NCBI GenBank assembly: GCA_013265495.1
Contig: MU058016.1
Span: 124,001 to 188,000 of the forward strand
Direction of reading: 5' to 3'
From: Vicugna vicugna
Lineage: Eukaryota
DNA length: 64,000 bases
The position numbers were made by a program, and so were the translations under genes. Positions within the stretch are counted from its first letter, which is position 1. Each line of letters opens with the position of its first letter. Shown here piece after piece: positions 26,790 through 40,545 of this stretch. The notes beneath the pieces are model-generated. The model was not told the origin of the DNA. It was given only the letters and a program-made list of their open reading frames with translations, and did not search any database.

Positions 26790-28668
26790 AACAATGAATT
26801 ATCAGAAAGAGAAATTAAAGAAACAACCCCATTTACAATTCTATAAAACAAAGAATAAAATATCTAGGAATAAACTTACTTGAAGAGGTAAAAGACATGT
26901 ACTTGAAAAATTATAAGAAATTAATGAAAGAAACTGAAGCTAACAAAAACAGATGGAAAGATATACCATGTTCTTGAATTGGAAGAATCAACATTGTTAA
27001 AATGATTATACTACCCAGAGCAATCTACAGAGTCACACAATCTCTATCAAATATCAATGGCATTTTTCATAGAACTAGAAAAAATCATTTTAAAATGTGT
27101 ATGGAAACACAAAAGACCCCAAAAAGCCAAAACAATCTCAAGAAAAAAAGGATAAAACTGGAGGTGTCATGGACCTCCAATTCAGGCTATAATACAAAGC
27201 TACAGTAATCAAAACAATATGGTACTGGCACAAAAACAGACACATAGGTCAATGGAAGAGAATAGAGAACCCAGAAATAAACCCACACACTTACGGTTGG
27301 TTGATTAATCTATGACAAAGGAGGCAAGAATGTACAATAAAGAAAAGACAGTCTCTTTAATAAGTGTGCCGGGAAAACTGGACAGCTACATGTAAACTAA
27401 GAAATCAGAATATTTCTTCACACCATATATAAAATAATTCAAAATGGATTAAAGACCTAAATGTAAGCCAGAAACTATAAAACTCCCAGAGGAAAACATA
27501 GGCAAAACACTCTTCTTTGACATAAATCATAGCAATTTTTTTTTTGGACCTAAGGCAAAGGAAATAAAAGCAAAAATAAACAAATGGGATCTAATTAAAA
27601 GCTCTTACACATCAAAGGAAACCATCAACAAAATGAAAAGACAACCTACTGAATGAGATAAAATATTTGAAAATGATATGATCAATAAAGGGTTAAGCTA
27701 ATATCCAAAATATATAAACAGATGATATAACTCAATACCAAAAATACCAACAACCTGATTAAAAACTGGGCAGAAGACTTGAATAGACATATATCCAAAG
27801 AAGACATACAGATGGCTAACAGGCACATGAAAAAATGCTCAACATCGATAATCATCAGGGAAATGCAAATTAAAACAACAATGAGGAATCACTTCACACC
27901 CATCAGAATGGCTAACATCAAAAAGACCACAAATAACAAATGTTGGTGAGGATGTGGAGAAAAGGGAAACCTCCTACACTGTTAGTGGGAATGTAAACTG
28001 GTATAGACACTGTAGAAAACAGTATGGAGTTCCTCAAAAACTAAAAATAGAACTACCATATGATCCAGCAATTCCACTCCTGGGTATATATCCAAAGAAA
28101 ATGGAAACATTAATTTGAAAAGATACACGCACCTCAATGTTCATAATAGCATTATTTACAACAGTCAAGATATGGAAACAACCTAACTATCCATCAACAA
28201 ATGAATGGATGAAAAAAGATGTGGCATACATATACAATGGAATACTACTCAGCTAAAAAAAGAAGAAAATTTTGCCATTTGAAACAACATAGATGGACCT
28301 GGAAGGTATTATGCCTTGTGATACAAGCCAAACAGAGAAAGAAAACACTGTATATTATCACTGATACATGGAATCTAAAAAATAAAACAAACTAGTGAAT
28401 ACACCAAAAAAGAAACAGACTCATAGATAACAGACTAGTGGTTACCAGTGAGGAAAGGGAAGGGGAAGGAGCAAGATAGAGGTATAGGATTAAGAGGCAC
28501 AAACTACTATGTATAAAATAAATAAATTGCAAGGATATATTGTACAAACAGGGAATAGAGCTAGTATTTTATAATGACTTTAAATGGAGTATAATCTATA
28601 AAATTTTGGATCACTATGTTGCACACCTGAAACTAACATAATATTGTAAATCAACTCTACCTCAATAA
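26790..28668 (+). mobile_element. L1, ~1.9 kb: ORF2 3' part plus 3' UTR, disabled
   Basis: Continuous ORF2 similarity (agatggaaagatataccatgttc..., aaagctacagtaatcaaaacaatatggtactggcac...) with stops and frameshifts. Ends ttgtaaatcaactctacctcaataa. It splits a Charlie-type remnant (~26660-26790 / ~28670-28752). Confidence 0.97.
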
Positions 28669-29390
28669 TCAATAGGTGAGAGAAAAGGCAGTGCTTTAAT
28701 GTGGCAAAAATCATTGCTATCTTTCACAAACAAGTGTAGTTTGAAAAAACTGAATTAAAAAATGATTATGGAAAAATAGAGAAGTGGGAGAGATACTCCT
28801 TTTTTGGCTTTATTCAAAAATATAAATTAATTATTCATCTAGGGCCCTAGCTTTAAACTAGCTAGCTTCTTCAAACTACTTTGACTAAATATACGTATCA
28901 TGGATTCACTTCACAAGCCATATAGAAAACATTTTGCGTTAGAAATGAATACTTTAGGAATAGCTATTTATCTAAATACGTTAGTTCATAGAGATAAGCC
29001 TTACAAGGCCAAGTGTGACTGATTCTTCCTTGCAAGGATAAGTATCACTGGTTCATCCTAAGACATCTACCATAATAATGCACCGTTTCATAAGATCTTC
29101 CCTCTCAGGGGAAGACATTTGCAAAAGATGGGTAAATACTGGAGAAAACAAGTTCTTCTTAATTCTGTTTGGAAGGGTCCCAGTTCCCTTCTTCCAACTG
29201 TACTTCTAGAGTTCTCTCCCTGACTTTCAGATTGCCTAGCATCATATTTTGCTTGACTAATATGGCATATATGTTGCTTTTGTCTTCCAGTGTCCCTCTG
29301 AAAACAATCACCTCTCCTCCATCCTTCATGTACTGTATTTAAGGTATCAATCACTGTGCCCAGTGCCCCTAATAGGTTGGGCACAGACTG

Positions 29391-29888
29391 GGTACATTAG
29401 TTTCTTGCTGTTGCTGCAACAAATTACCACAAACTTAGTGGCCCCAACAATGCAAATTATTCTCTTATAGTGCTGGAGGTTAGAAGGAATAAGGTCAAAT
29501 CACAAGACTGCATGCCTTTTGGAGGCTGCAGGGGAGAATTCATTTCCTTGCTTTTTCCAGCTTCTAGAGTCTGCCTGAACTCATTGGTCCATGGCCACAT
29601 CCTACACCTTCAAGCATAGTCTCTTCCAGTCTCTCTTTCTGACCTTGACCACCATCATCACATCATCTTTTCTCTGACTCTGATCCTTTTACCTCCCTCT
29701 TATAGGGAACCTTGTGACTAAATTGGGCCTACCAAAATAACCCAAGTTAACCTCCCCATCTCAATTCTTAACTTAATCACATCTGTAAAATCACTTTTGC
29801 TTCATATGTTAACATATCCAAGAGCCCAGGGATTCAGCATACTACACTGGGTCAGTCCAAGTCCAAGTACCAATAATTCTGGCCACCA
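29391..29888 (-). mobile_element. MLT1C/D-like LTR
   Basis: ttagtttcttgctgttgctgcaacaaattaccacaaacttagtggc...cttaacttaatcacatctg. Confidence 0.9.
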
Positions 29889-29899
29889 AACCTTTTCTT

Positions 29900-30050
29900 T
29901 CTTTTTTTTTAATGATTTATTTATTATTGTATTATTTATTTTATTGGGGGGGCAGTGATTAGGTTTATTTATTTTTAGAGGAGGTACTGGGGATTGAACC
30001 CAGGACCTCATGCACAAGAAGCATGTGCTCTACCACTGAGCTATACCCCC
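29900..30050 (-). mobile_element. tRNA-derived SINE (camelid Vic-1-like)
   Basis: Reverse of gggggtatagctcagtggtagag...gaggtcctgggttcaatccccagtacctcc, with A/B boxes and an A-rich tail. Confidence 0.92.
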
Positions 30051-30734
30051 TCAAAGTGTCTTAAAGAGAAAAATGACTTTATTGCTGTGAGCAGCAAGAC
30101 ACTTTTGCATTTTGCATATTTTGAATACATGGCAACTGCAAACATGAATCCAGTGAACTTCCTGGCCCCCAGCCTGCCCAAGGGCCCTTTGAGCAGAGGA
30201 GCGGTCATTCCAAAAATACTGCACCCACAGTGCATCTGTCCCCAGGCTCTCCCTCTTCCCCAAAGCCTCAACTAGATTCAGGCCCAAGACCCAGGAAACC
30301 TCAGGGCTTGAGTCCCCTGGGTGAGCCCCTAAGATCATCACAGGACAAGGGCCTCTGTTCCCAGAGAAGCATCTAGAGTGATGCTACCTGGCCAGTGCTG
30401 GATACTAGGGAACACATACCACACATGTGCCTTCTCTGATCACCTCAAGCCAAGGGGAGGAAATGTTACTATTCTCATTAACCCCAAGAGATGGAAGACA
30501 AGGGCACCGACAAGACTTGCTTAGGATAACAGCCCTGGGAAGGGCATGGTTAGAATGTACGCTGAAATTCCCATGTTACATGAACTCCTTCCTAAGGCTT
30601 AGTCCATTCAGATGGCACAGGGACAGAGGGGATTCGGAGATGTTCCATTTCTCTCCTGCTTGTACTGCTGAAAGGACAAGACCAGGGAAAAGGGCTCCTT
30701 GGACCCTAGAAATCAGAGTAAGGAATAGCCACAA

Positions 30735-30920
30735 CCAGCATTTCTGGAGCATTCCCTGGGTGCACGGTGCTGCATTTAGTGGTTTCACGCCCAGTCACCC
30801 CGGAGAGAAGATGCTGCGATTAACCCCACTTCACAGCTGAGGAAACTGAGGGGCTCTGGACTTAGCACACTTTCCTGCTACTGGGCATTGGCACAGCCTG
30901 GAGCTGAACCCAGACCGTGG
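30735..30920 (-). mobile_element. MIR SINE
   Basis: ccccacttcacagctgaggaaactgagg...gagctgaacccagac. Confidence 0.7.
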
Positions 30921-31529
30921 GCTCCGAAACTCGTTTTGCACACCTGCAGTACACACTTGGGCTGGGAGGATGGCTGAAGATACTTATGTGGAACAGAGGG
31001 TTTCACGTATGTTGAAGGGTTGCAGGGAGCCCCCTACCTCATGCTGACTTCTCTCACCCTGTCTGCTCTCAACTCTATGGCAAGAGAAGCCTATTAAAAC
31101 CTGAAACAGATGCCTTCCCTCCTCTCCTCCAAATCCTCCACGGTTCCCACCAACGTAAAAAGAGGCCCAACTCCTCAGCTTGCTGTTCCAGACCTGACTT
31201 CTCGGTGCATTCTGTTCCCAACACACAAAATGGAGATCCGCAATTCCACTCGGCTGGGCCTCACCTCCCAGCATTTTCACCTAGTGGTTCATGTGCCTGG
31301 GACACGCCTCCACAGCTGATTGCTTTACTGAGTTGAGAACCTTGCAGATCAACCCCTGCCTGAATTCAGGACGCCTGGCTGGTACTGACTGACCATCCTC
31401 CACAGCCCTCAGACTCAAAGGCAGCATTAGAGGAAGTGAAGACATCCAAGACTACACTATTCTCCACATGGGGTGCCAGGACTACATGGCTAGGGGTCCA
31501 GAGGGCCTGAGGGGCCATCCACTCACCAG

Positions 31530-31925
31530 TGTCGGGTCCATTTGCGCCTCTGCCGCCGCCATTGAACCCTCTGCAGGGACCCAGGGGGTGCAAGGTGGGA
31601 GACCAGAGAGGGTCCCCACGGCTCAGCAGACTCCCCTCCACCGCCTAGTCTACACTCGGCCCTGCCTCTGTGCAGGGCGGGGAGGAAGCCTCTTCCCCAG
31701 GATCCCTGCTCCTGGGCCTCGAGTCTGCTCAAGACTGCGGAACAGTGATTCAGAGGAAAGACCCAGACGCAGCCAATGCGAGTGCCACGAGGACGCTGCC
31801 TGAAGTCGCCCCTTACACGGGATCCCAGTCCCGCGCTGCCATTGGCCCAGAGCTACCGCCTCTTGTCGCAGAGCCTGCTGGGTAATATGGCTCCCACAGC
31901 TCCGCCTGGCACCTCGGAGAGCTGC
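31530..31925. promoter_or_regulatory. GC/CpG-enriched promoter-like segment
   Basis: Local CpG excess; GC box 31675-31684, CCAAT 31773-31777, ATTGG 31841-31845 and a ZNF143/Staf-like site 31867-31884. Confidence 0.5.
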
Positions 31926-33397
31926 AAAGCTTTTTCAAAGAATGAACATATAGCCCAATCATAGACAAGTAAAGAATTTCCTAAGGTTGATATGCAGATG
32001 TTGAGAAATTTAATCTCTTTAATCATTGTTGTTTATCTAAGACATTGTCAGTGGTCATCTTGCCTGACACACGGGAAGAGACTGAAGCAGATTCAAGACT
32101 GTCTGGAACAGTCAGAACCAAGGAATGAATAGATGTGTGGGCGAGTGTGGGGAGGGCCAGGCCCCTAGTGATAGCCTTAAAGATCCCTTATCCAGTAGAT
32201 TCTGAAACAGTGCTTCCCCCACAAACAGCTCAGTACCATGGTTCAATTCCTTCTCTTTTTGATTAAGGTATATTGAATGGGTATTTTTACTAATAAAATT
32301 TTTATCTGTCAACTGATTTCTAATCTCTAGATTAGATGCCAAGTCAATATATTACCCTGGCTTAATTGATTTAAACTAACCATAGGAAAAGCCTTATTTT
32401 GTACTCAAGCTTTTTGCAGTCAGAATTTCTGCTTTTTTCCACATGAGAAAAAAAGAAAAGCTACACATGGCATCTTTCCAATGAGAACATAACCGCACTT
32501 TTCCTCCTTATGCCGAAGTTCTCTTCAGATGCAGACTTCTTTACCAATTAATACTTCTGTGTTTTTAGCCTTAATTTTTTTTCTCAGAAGAACTCATTTG
32601 TTTAATTATCCAGTCACACTCCTTTCTACAAACTAAGTTGTGACACTGGCTATACGAAGCCCAAGTGATTTCCTAAAAGAATGGCATTCTTCATAGAAAA
32701 CAGAATTCTGAACAAAATTTAAACATGGATTTTTTTAAAGACATCTAAATTGCTTTCATGATAAGATGCAACTTTTTTTTCTCCATTTAGGAATTTTTTT
32801 CACAGAATAGCTTATTTTGTAGAGAAACAAATAAACGTTTTGGTCAGTTACCAACTACATAGGTCTGTGAGCCTCTCCTCACTCCCACACTCACTCTCAC
32901 ATGCGTACACATGCACATACACACACATATACACATAGAGACTTTAATTTATTAGCATTCTGTATTTTCAGTCACATTTCTAATTAAGGACTACTTTTTA
33001 ATTGTGATTTCTCAGGATTGTTATATAATCAACTCAATGTGTCTCCTTCAAATTTTTAAGCAATGTAAGCCTGCCAGAAGGTCCAGTCTGTCTTTCTGTG
33101 GTGACCCTGGGTACTGCTCAGCCCAAACAAGTCACTGGCACCTGTGATTTTGGTTTTATTGCCAGCTTGTTTGCTGTTAGCCGACAACACTTTTATCTGA
33201 CTTCTGCTAAAATTAACCTCACTTGGAATACAGTCTTTCTGTTTCATCAGTATAATTACTGGCCCTAGAATGCCTTCCCAAAGCTGTTGTTTATAATGAT
33301 TCATGTAGCAGAAAATATACAACTTGATTTGTGAGAGCCAAGCAATGACAATTCAATCCTGTGGCAGAGAAAATGCAAAAAGGATCTGTATAAAACC

Positions 33398-33645
33398 AGG
33401 AGTTTGGATTAACAGATACACACTACTATATATAAAACAGATAAACAACAAGGACCTACTGTGTAGCACAGGGAACTATATTCAATTCCTTGTAATAAAC
33501 TATAATGGAAAAGAATCTGAAAATATATCTGTATATATGTGTGTGTGTATAACTGAATCACTTTGTTGTATACCTGAAACTACCATTGTAAATCAATTAC
33601 ACTTCAATAAAAAATTAAATTTTCAAAAAAAAGTTTTTAAAAAAA
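33398..33645 (+). mobile_element. L1 3' UTR fragment with A-rich tail
   Basis: ggagtttggattaacagatacacactactatatataaaacagataaacaacaaggacctactgtgtagcacagggaactatattc. Confidence 0.93.
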
Positions 33646-34067
33646 ACCCAGCGGCACAGAAGATTTCTTCCTCTTTAAGAGAATACTTTTTTTGGTGAAG
33701 GAAACATACATACAAACATACATACACACACCTGCACTTTAAAGCATCTCTTATTCTCAAAATCAATGAACAGCATCCAGTTGGTAGCTCATCTCAGTCA
33801 AGTTAATTATAAACCTGGTAAACCATATGTGAGGGAAAAATGAGCGATCCTTCTCATATTGTTTCAGGAGTAATGAGAAGGCCTTGACACTTTTCCAGCT
33901 GTTTTCTCTGTCTTGGTAAGTGACTGACATGACATCATTAGTGCTTCATTCCTTTAGCAGCATGCTTGCATGGGTAAATGCAATAGCCAGGGAGGGTTAG
34001 CACTCACACTTCATCTTGCTCTGTGTGGACAACAGACAGATGCTTCTCAGCATCAAGTTTAATCAGC

Positions 34068-34245
34068 AGCAGTTCTCAACCCTGCCTGCACATTAAAATC
34101 CCCTAGGAAAATTTTACAAGACACAGCCAAAAGGGCTCTACCTTAGATCAACTGAATCAGAAACTCAGGGATAGGGCCTAGCCACCGTTAAATTTTAAAG
34201 TTAAAGTGCCCCATGTGACTTCAAATGTGGGGCTATGATTATGAG
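34068..34245. mobile_element. MER5-like hAT-Charlie element
   Basis: cagcagttctcaaccctgcctgcacattaaaatcccct...actgaatcagaaactc. Confidence 0.8.
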
Positions 34246-34479
34246 GTTAGGGCGCTTAGGTATAAAGAAGAAATGGAGAAGATAGAGGGTCAGGCATAGT
34301 GTGAAGTCACAGTGGGTACACACTGAAAAACTCCACGCAGGAGGAAAGGAATGAGAGAAGGCTGTACATATATGAGGGAGATCTTTTCCTTACTGGAAAC
34401 ATTCCCACTGCCCCCAAGCCCACATCTACACACTCTAGGTCTATCTGACTCCCTCTCTTTGACAGGGAGGCTACATGTA

Positions 34480-34883
34480 ACCCTACCCTTGCCAGTTGGA
34501 ACCCTGCATCCCTCTGAAATAGTGATTGGTTTAGGATGGACCAATCTGGGCCAATCAGAACCCAAAATCTTCAGATCCAGAACTTGTACTGGAATTGTGG
34601 GGAAAGCTCTCTTTCCACTGAGATTGCTAAACGGATCAAATGAAAATCTAGACCTGCTAGTAGACATCTGACTACCCTTGGGAAGAAGCCATCTGACAAT
34701 AAAGCCAACACAGAGGAAGCAGAACCAGGATTGAGTGACCCCATCCTGTTGGCATCTTCTGACCACTGGATCTTGCCTCACATATTACCTAGAATTTATA
34801 GTTGTGGGAGCTACTAAGTTCCTTTGCTGGAGTCATTTTGAGTTGAATTTTCTATAAATTACTAAGAAGATAATTCTGAACAA
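34480..34883 (+). mobile_element. Old MLT1 (K/L-like) LTR
   Basis: agtgattggtttaggatgga...ggccaatcaga...aagccaacacagaggaagcaga. Confidence 0.7.
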
Positions 34884-35949
34884 TAGACAAGTAGAGAGGC
34901 CCATATGAGTCAAGAAAGTCCTCTAGGTTTCAAGGTCAGTTCTATTACTGCTCCCACCCTTGGAGGAGACTTGGTGGAATCAATAGGGGTAAAGTTTACC
35001 ATCAGCTATAGAAAAGAAATTGAGATTCTCAGTGTTTCAAAGTTACTGTGTTAGACTATTTTAGTTGTAAGTAAATATCACAAAGAAGAGGTATGCCTTT
35101 AACTATATTCCTAATTTTAAGAATATCTACTCAGCCCTTTTTCTGACTGAGTTCATTTGAGCTAGATTAATAATACCATCTGTTATCTATCACTTAACCT
35201 CCTATGGTTAAGAAAAACAATTTTCAATTTTAGAAAAAACTTAGTTTTCTGCAACAAACATTCTAATAAATTGGGTTTCTATATATTTATCATACTCTGG
35301 TTTGGAACTTACAGGTCAACAACAGCTCAAATCAGCACCTCAATATTCTAGGAAAACTGAAGTTCCTTCATAGTAAAAACATTCAATTTTACGATGATAA
35401 GATATAGAGTAAGTTTATATTTAACTTAAATTTTATAGTAACTATGCTGAAAATATTTGTCACAGTCACCATATCCAAGATGTAATGGCTGATTCACATC
35501 CTGTCTTCTCAAATCACATGTGTCAACAGACTCATTCTTTCCTGGTTCTTTATAAACAACTTCTAGTTGGAACTGGAAATCCATCAAACTCAGTTATATT
35601 TTTAATTGACTTAAATAAAATAGGGCTTATGACTTGCCAATTTTACTATCTGTACTTGAAGTACTGTAATCTTGTGTTTTCTCCATGAGGCAAGTAGGAT
35701 GTGGGATAGGTTTTAGGGATAAGACTCCACAAAGGAAGAGGAGTGACCTTAGGACCAAACTATATGAGTCAACAGTCCCAGGCACAAGATTAACTATGAC
35801 ATGTGGGTGTCCCAGATCAAACTAACCATCTGTCCCCACCTTCTAACTGATATTCCTTAAATTTGTTTAACATTTGGTGATGCAAGCTGTTTTGTTTATT
35901 GGTTGCTTGGTTCAATGTTTATTATTCTTCAATGTTGTTATTTTCATTT

Positions 35950-35963
35950 CCGCTAGGGGGCAC
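35950..35963 (+). promoter_or_regulatory. Candidate CTCF site
   Basis: CCGCTAGGGGGCAC against consensus CCASYAGRKGGCRS (13/14). Confidence 0.6.
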
Positions 35964-38759
35964 TGCTTTCTCCAGCAGGAATGGGACCAATCAATGTTTT
36001 GGTCATTATGTTAAAAAGTCACACATGGAAACTTGAAGGAACCAGTGCCACAATTCTGACTCATCTCAACCATATCTTAACTTACCTTACAAACTCGTGA
36101 CTTGACAGACCTGCTCTTTTATCCTGCCTTTGGCCTGTCATTCCTGGTTTAGAGCAGGCCATGGCTTAGAATGAATCTTAGTGCTGGAATGGTATTGCCC
36201 ACGTGGGATTTCACTTTCTGAGGTAGGATATTCCACCACTAACCCAAACTGGGCCCACAGATCTCTGCCTCCAGGTCATCTCCATTCCCTCCCACACTGG
36301 CACATGCCTTTTATCCCAGCCCATAGACTCAATCAGACCACAGCAAGAAGTCAACCCATCTCTCATCCTGAACATTTCCTAGACAACAGTCAGACATCAG
36401 TTCACCGTGTCTTCACTAAAGGGGACACATATCAAACTCTCTATGTGATCCCATGGAAGCCCTGAAGCCCCTTTCTCTTGACTTGGCCTGTGGGGAAAAT
36501 GCCCCCGCCCCACACACACATAAATCTTTTATCATTAAAACCTTGATCTCCTAGGAAATCCTTACAAAACCTCTTTGATCTCCAACAACTGGACCCTTTA
36601 TTACCTTGAGGTAGATGAGATGTGTTAGAATCATGAGCCTGATTTTGTGACATTTACTTGGAAATTCCTGTAGGGTGCTCTATCTCATAGCTCATATTGT
36701 TATCTGAAATCCATCACTGGAGGGTTCAGCCAAAACTTCCATTTTAATTTCCTGTCCCCAGCAAGGACGTCTAGCTAGCCTATAGCAGCATTAAAAGCCC
36801 ATAAAGTCATCCAGGAAAAAAAAATTGAAAGATTCTCTACCAAGCACATTTAGAACAAAAACCCTTCATCATGTCTCAGTCAGGTCATGACCACCTTGTG
36901 CTCGATTTCTCATCTCTGAGGTTGCATGCCTTTTTTAGGAAAGCTTGACAAACAGCATTGTCTTGACTCATTCTAAAGACAGAACCACCTTGGCTGCCTG
37001 AAATAACTCCCTCCTTGATCTACCTGTAATAGTGTCAGATTCCTTTCCCCAAAGAATGTAACTGCAGATTGAAGAGTCACAAAAGTTCAGTTCAGCAGGA
37101 TTTATTTATACATGAAAACAAGCTGCCTTCCTGCTCTTGGATTTGTTAACTTAAGTCTATGAATCTTGACATGTGTGTCTTTTAAGTAACGGAACAGATA
37201 AACCCATGGTTTGACATTAGATGGGTAATGGGATCTTCTAAATACTTTTAGAGGCAGTCCGTTCTTTCATTATTTTGGAATAGCAATTGCAAAAATAATA
37301 CATGTTTATTTTTTAAAGAATCAATACCGAACAGGATAAAGAACAGTGTTTTAAAAATTGCTTGAATCCCGCTATCTTAATTATCCACAGTTAACAATAG
37401 GTAAACATCATTTCAAGTATTTTCTATACATACAAACAAATGTAAGGATAGCTAGCTAGCTTAAATAGCTAGATAGCAAAATAGAGAGAAATAGGTCATT
37501 CTTTCTTTTAAAACCAAGAATAAAATCTAACATAGCATCATATATCTTCAAGCTTCTTTCTAAGCACCAAGTACTTTACCCACTATTTTATTTATTTGTG
37601 GAAATATTGGGGCCGTGTTTTATCTTTAAGGAGAAAAAAACAAATAGGAATCTCCTTCAGAGAGTACAGGGGAGAAGTCAAGTGAGAAATCCAAGGTGGA
37701 GTCCTGAAATTTCTGGAAGTCCTGGAGCAGACAGATCCTAGGAGAGGCTGAGAGATGAAAGTGGTTGGAAACTAGGGGAAGTTTGTTGGTTTCTTAATTT
37801 GAACATGAGGAAAGTGCAAAGAGATTTGATCTTTCATACTCTGCCTAGATTTGAGTTGCAGTCTTGTTTTAACGATCATTTTACTTACATTAAAGATAAA
37901 ATTTTGTCTGTGAATATCCATGACCCTATTTTCAACAGAAAACATTTGCCAGATGCTCTGTTAGGTTGTGGAGATCAGAAATGCATCTAAGACCAGCTGT
38001 GTAAACAAGATATTTCCAGTTCCACGGAAGAAGCACATCACTGACCCGTGATAGTAAAATATCCATGATCAGGTGACTTTTAGAGGGCTACGAGGACAAC
38101 AACAGCAATGGAGAAGAAGTAGCTTAGTCTGAGGCCCTCCAGGCAGATGGGGCAGTGTGTGCAAAAGATGTGGGAAGGGACAATACATGATTTATTTCTG
38201 GAATGGGAGCTAGTTCCACAGGCAGAGGAGGCTGCCTCGTCAGCATCCCTGCCTGGGTTTGCCAACTCTGATGGACATGCCCATAGGCTGCCATGAACTC
38301 TATAAGCTGAGTAATGAGATAGGAGAAAATATCTGTGAGGACTTACCCAGTACCAATCAAGGAACTGTGACATCTTGAGCCCACCTTGCTATTTAGGTTA
38401 AACATACTCCACAGAGAAAACCATCTCACTTTCTTATCTAATTCTTCGGTCAAAGAAACTGTGTGCCTTCTACATGCAATAGACTCCAGTCAAGTAATAC
38501 AATCCACTCTCTGTTCCTCAGCCCACCCTCAGACCCAAGCCTCTCATTCATCTCTTCATTTGGTCCTACTTAAAGCATCCAGAGGGTTAACATTTTCATT
38601 GTTTTTAAGTGAAATTTTAGAATAAAATGGACCTTGGAGATATCCTTGAGTAATCTTCAGAACAGTTTTCTAAGGATTTTGGAAAGGGGAAAAAAAAGAA
38701 ATCCAAAACACTTACAGATATGGGAAATGCCTTTCCATAAGCAACTTATTTTCTTCAGG

Positions 38760-38927
38760 CTGGTTCTTGCAGACCACTAGCATCACCTGGGCCTTGTTCT
38801 AAACACAATTTCTTCAGCCCCTCTCCAGACCCACTGACTCAGACACTCCTCTGCTGGGGCCTAGCATTCTCTAGTCTAACAAGTCTCCCGGTGATTCTGA
38901 TGCCAGCTCAATTTTTGAGAACCACTG
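38760..38927. mobile_element. MER5A-like element
   Basis: gcatcacctgggccttgtt...ggtgattctgatgcc...tttgagaaccactg. Confidence 0.85.
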
Positions 38928-39362
38928 TCCTAGAGACATAAGTAAGGCCCTGAAAAACCCATAGGGCAACAAATATTCCCATATAAGACCGCCAGCTATG
39001 TTACAAGAATGTTTATCATTTAAATGTATTCCTTGGGATCATTGCACATGCCCCGTAAACTGACCATATCTTACTTGGGGAAGTCACAACCACACTCACC
39101 AGATGTACCTCAGGGCTCACCTGTCTCCTCCAAACCTCTTCTTTATTGATGAGAAGACTGAGGCCCAGAGAGGCTATGGAAGGTCAAGGACCATCCTTGT
39201 CCAAGGATGGTCACAGAGCTTATCAGCAGAGGGACACAAAATGCAAGGTCTGTGCCACACATAGTAACAAAATTGCATGAATAAATCCAGTTCCTCTAGC
39301 AAAAACCAGGGATTCAAAGAAATGAATCATAGTGAAAATAGCTGTATTATTTCTAAACTTTT

Positions 39363-39517
39363 AAAAAATATTTTATTTATTTATTATTGTATTTATTTTA
39401 TTTTGGTAGTGGGGGAGGTAATTAGGTTTATTTATTTTTAGAGGAAGTACTGGGAATTGAACCCAGGACCTCGTGCATGCTAAGCATATGCTCTACCACT
39501 TGAGTTATACCCTCCCC
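39363..39517 (-). mobile_element. tRNA-derived SINE (camelid Vic-1-like) with TSD
   Basis: gtactgggaattgaacccaggacctcgtgcatgctaagcatatgctctaccact; TSD ctaaactttt at 39353-39362 and 39518-39527. Confidence 0.93.
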
Positions 39518-40334
39518 CTAAACTTTTTTTTTGCTTAATGGGAATGTTATACACATCCATTGTGGGGAATTTGGAATGAACAAAAATCTACTGTAATTAT
39601 ACCATGAGATGAGTGCTGTTAACATTTCCGTGCTGCATGTATGTCTAAATGTGTGTAGAGAATACTTACATAAAATAAGTATACATACAAATATAAAGAA
39701 TGTATATGTGGAATTTACATATATATATATATATATATGGATTATATAAAGAATTTATATCTTTTTTTCACTTAACATTTCCTTAGTGAACAAAATCACC
39801 ATTTTAATTACTGATTTGTTTTTCATCAGAATCTATTTTTAAAATTTTCATAGTTGCACATTTAAGTTGTTTCTAATGTTTTGCTCCTGTAAAGAGGAAG
39901 AAGGGTAAGATTTGAAGTTTCAATAAGATGCAGGAAGTGGATTATGTAAGCAGGTCAGGGTGGAGTATGAAAGAAGGGACTCTGGCAACTGGAGACCTAA
40001 AAGGCTAGACCCTTATGGAGATACTAAGACACAGAAGAGAAATATTCTTAGGGATGTGGAAATCCCCAAGGAAAACTGACCATTCACAAATTCCCCCAGG
40101 CATGGTCCTGTGTATGCATGTGACAACTCCAGAAAGAACACGTAGGTTCACCTAAGACCAATATATCTACTCACTTCCCCGTATCGCATAACCTTTAGAG
40201 AGAAATTATTTTTCTAGAAGACTTCAGTCAAGTGATAACAAACCTCTTCAGTGTTTCATTTATCTTGGAAAGGACAATTCAGTCAAGACAAATCTTCAGA
40301 GAATTCTTGAAAGATTAATACACCCTTTCTCTTT

Positions 40335-40545
40335 TCTTTTTTTATATAGTTGATTTACGATATTGTTTTAGTTTCATGTGTACAGCAAAGTGATTCGGTT
40401 TTTTTGTTTTCATATTCTTTTCCGTTATAGGTTATTAAAACATACTGAATATAGTTCCCTTTGCTCTACAGTAAATCCCTGTTGCTTATCTATTTTATAT
40501 TTAATAGTGTGTATTTATTAATCCTATACTCCTAATTTATCCCCC
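40335..40545 (-). mobile_element. L1 3' UTR fragment
   Basis: atagttgatttacgatattgttttagtttcatgtgtacagcaaagtgattc...actgaatatagttccct. Confidence 0.9.

Noticed and set aside
26790..28668. L1 ORF2 as an active or domesticated reverse transcriptase gene
   Set aside because: 5'-truncated, with many stops and frameshifts.
31366..31964. Cluster of overlapping ORFs
   Set aside because: Explained by high GC content (few stop codons); no recognisable protein.
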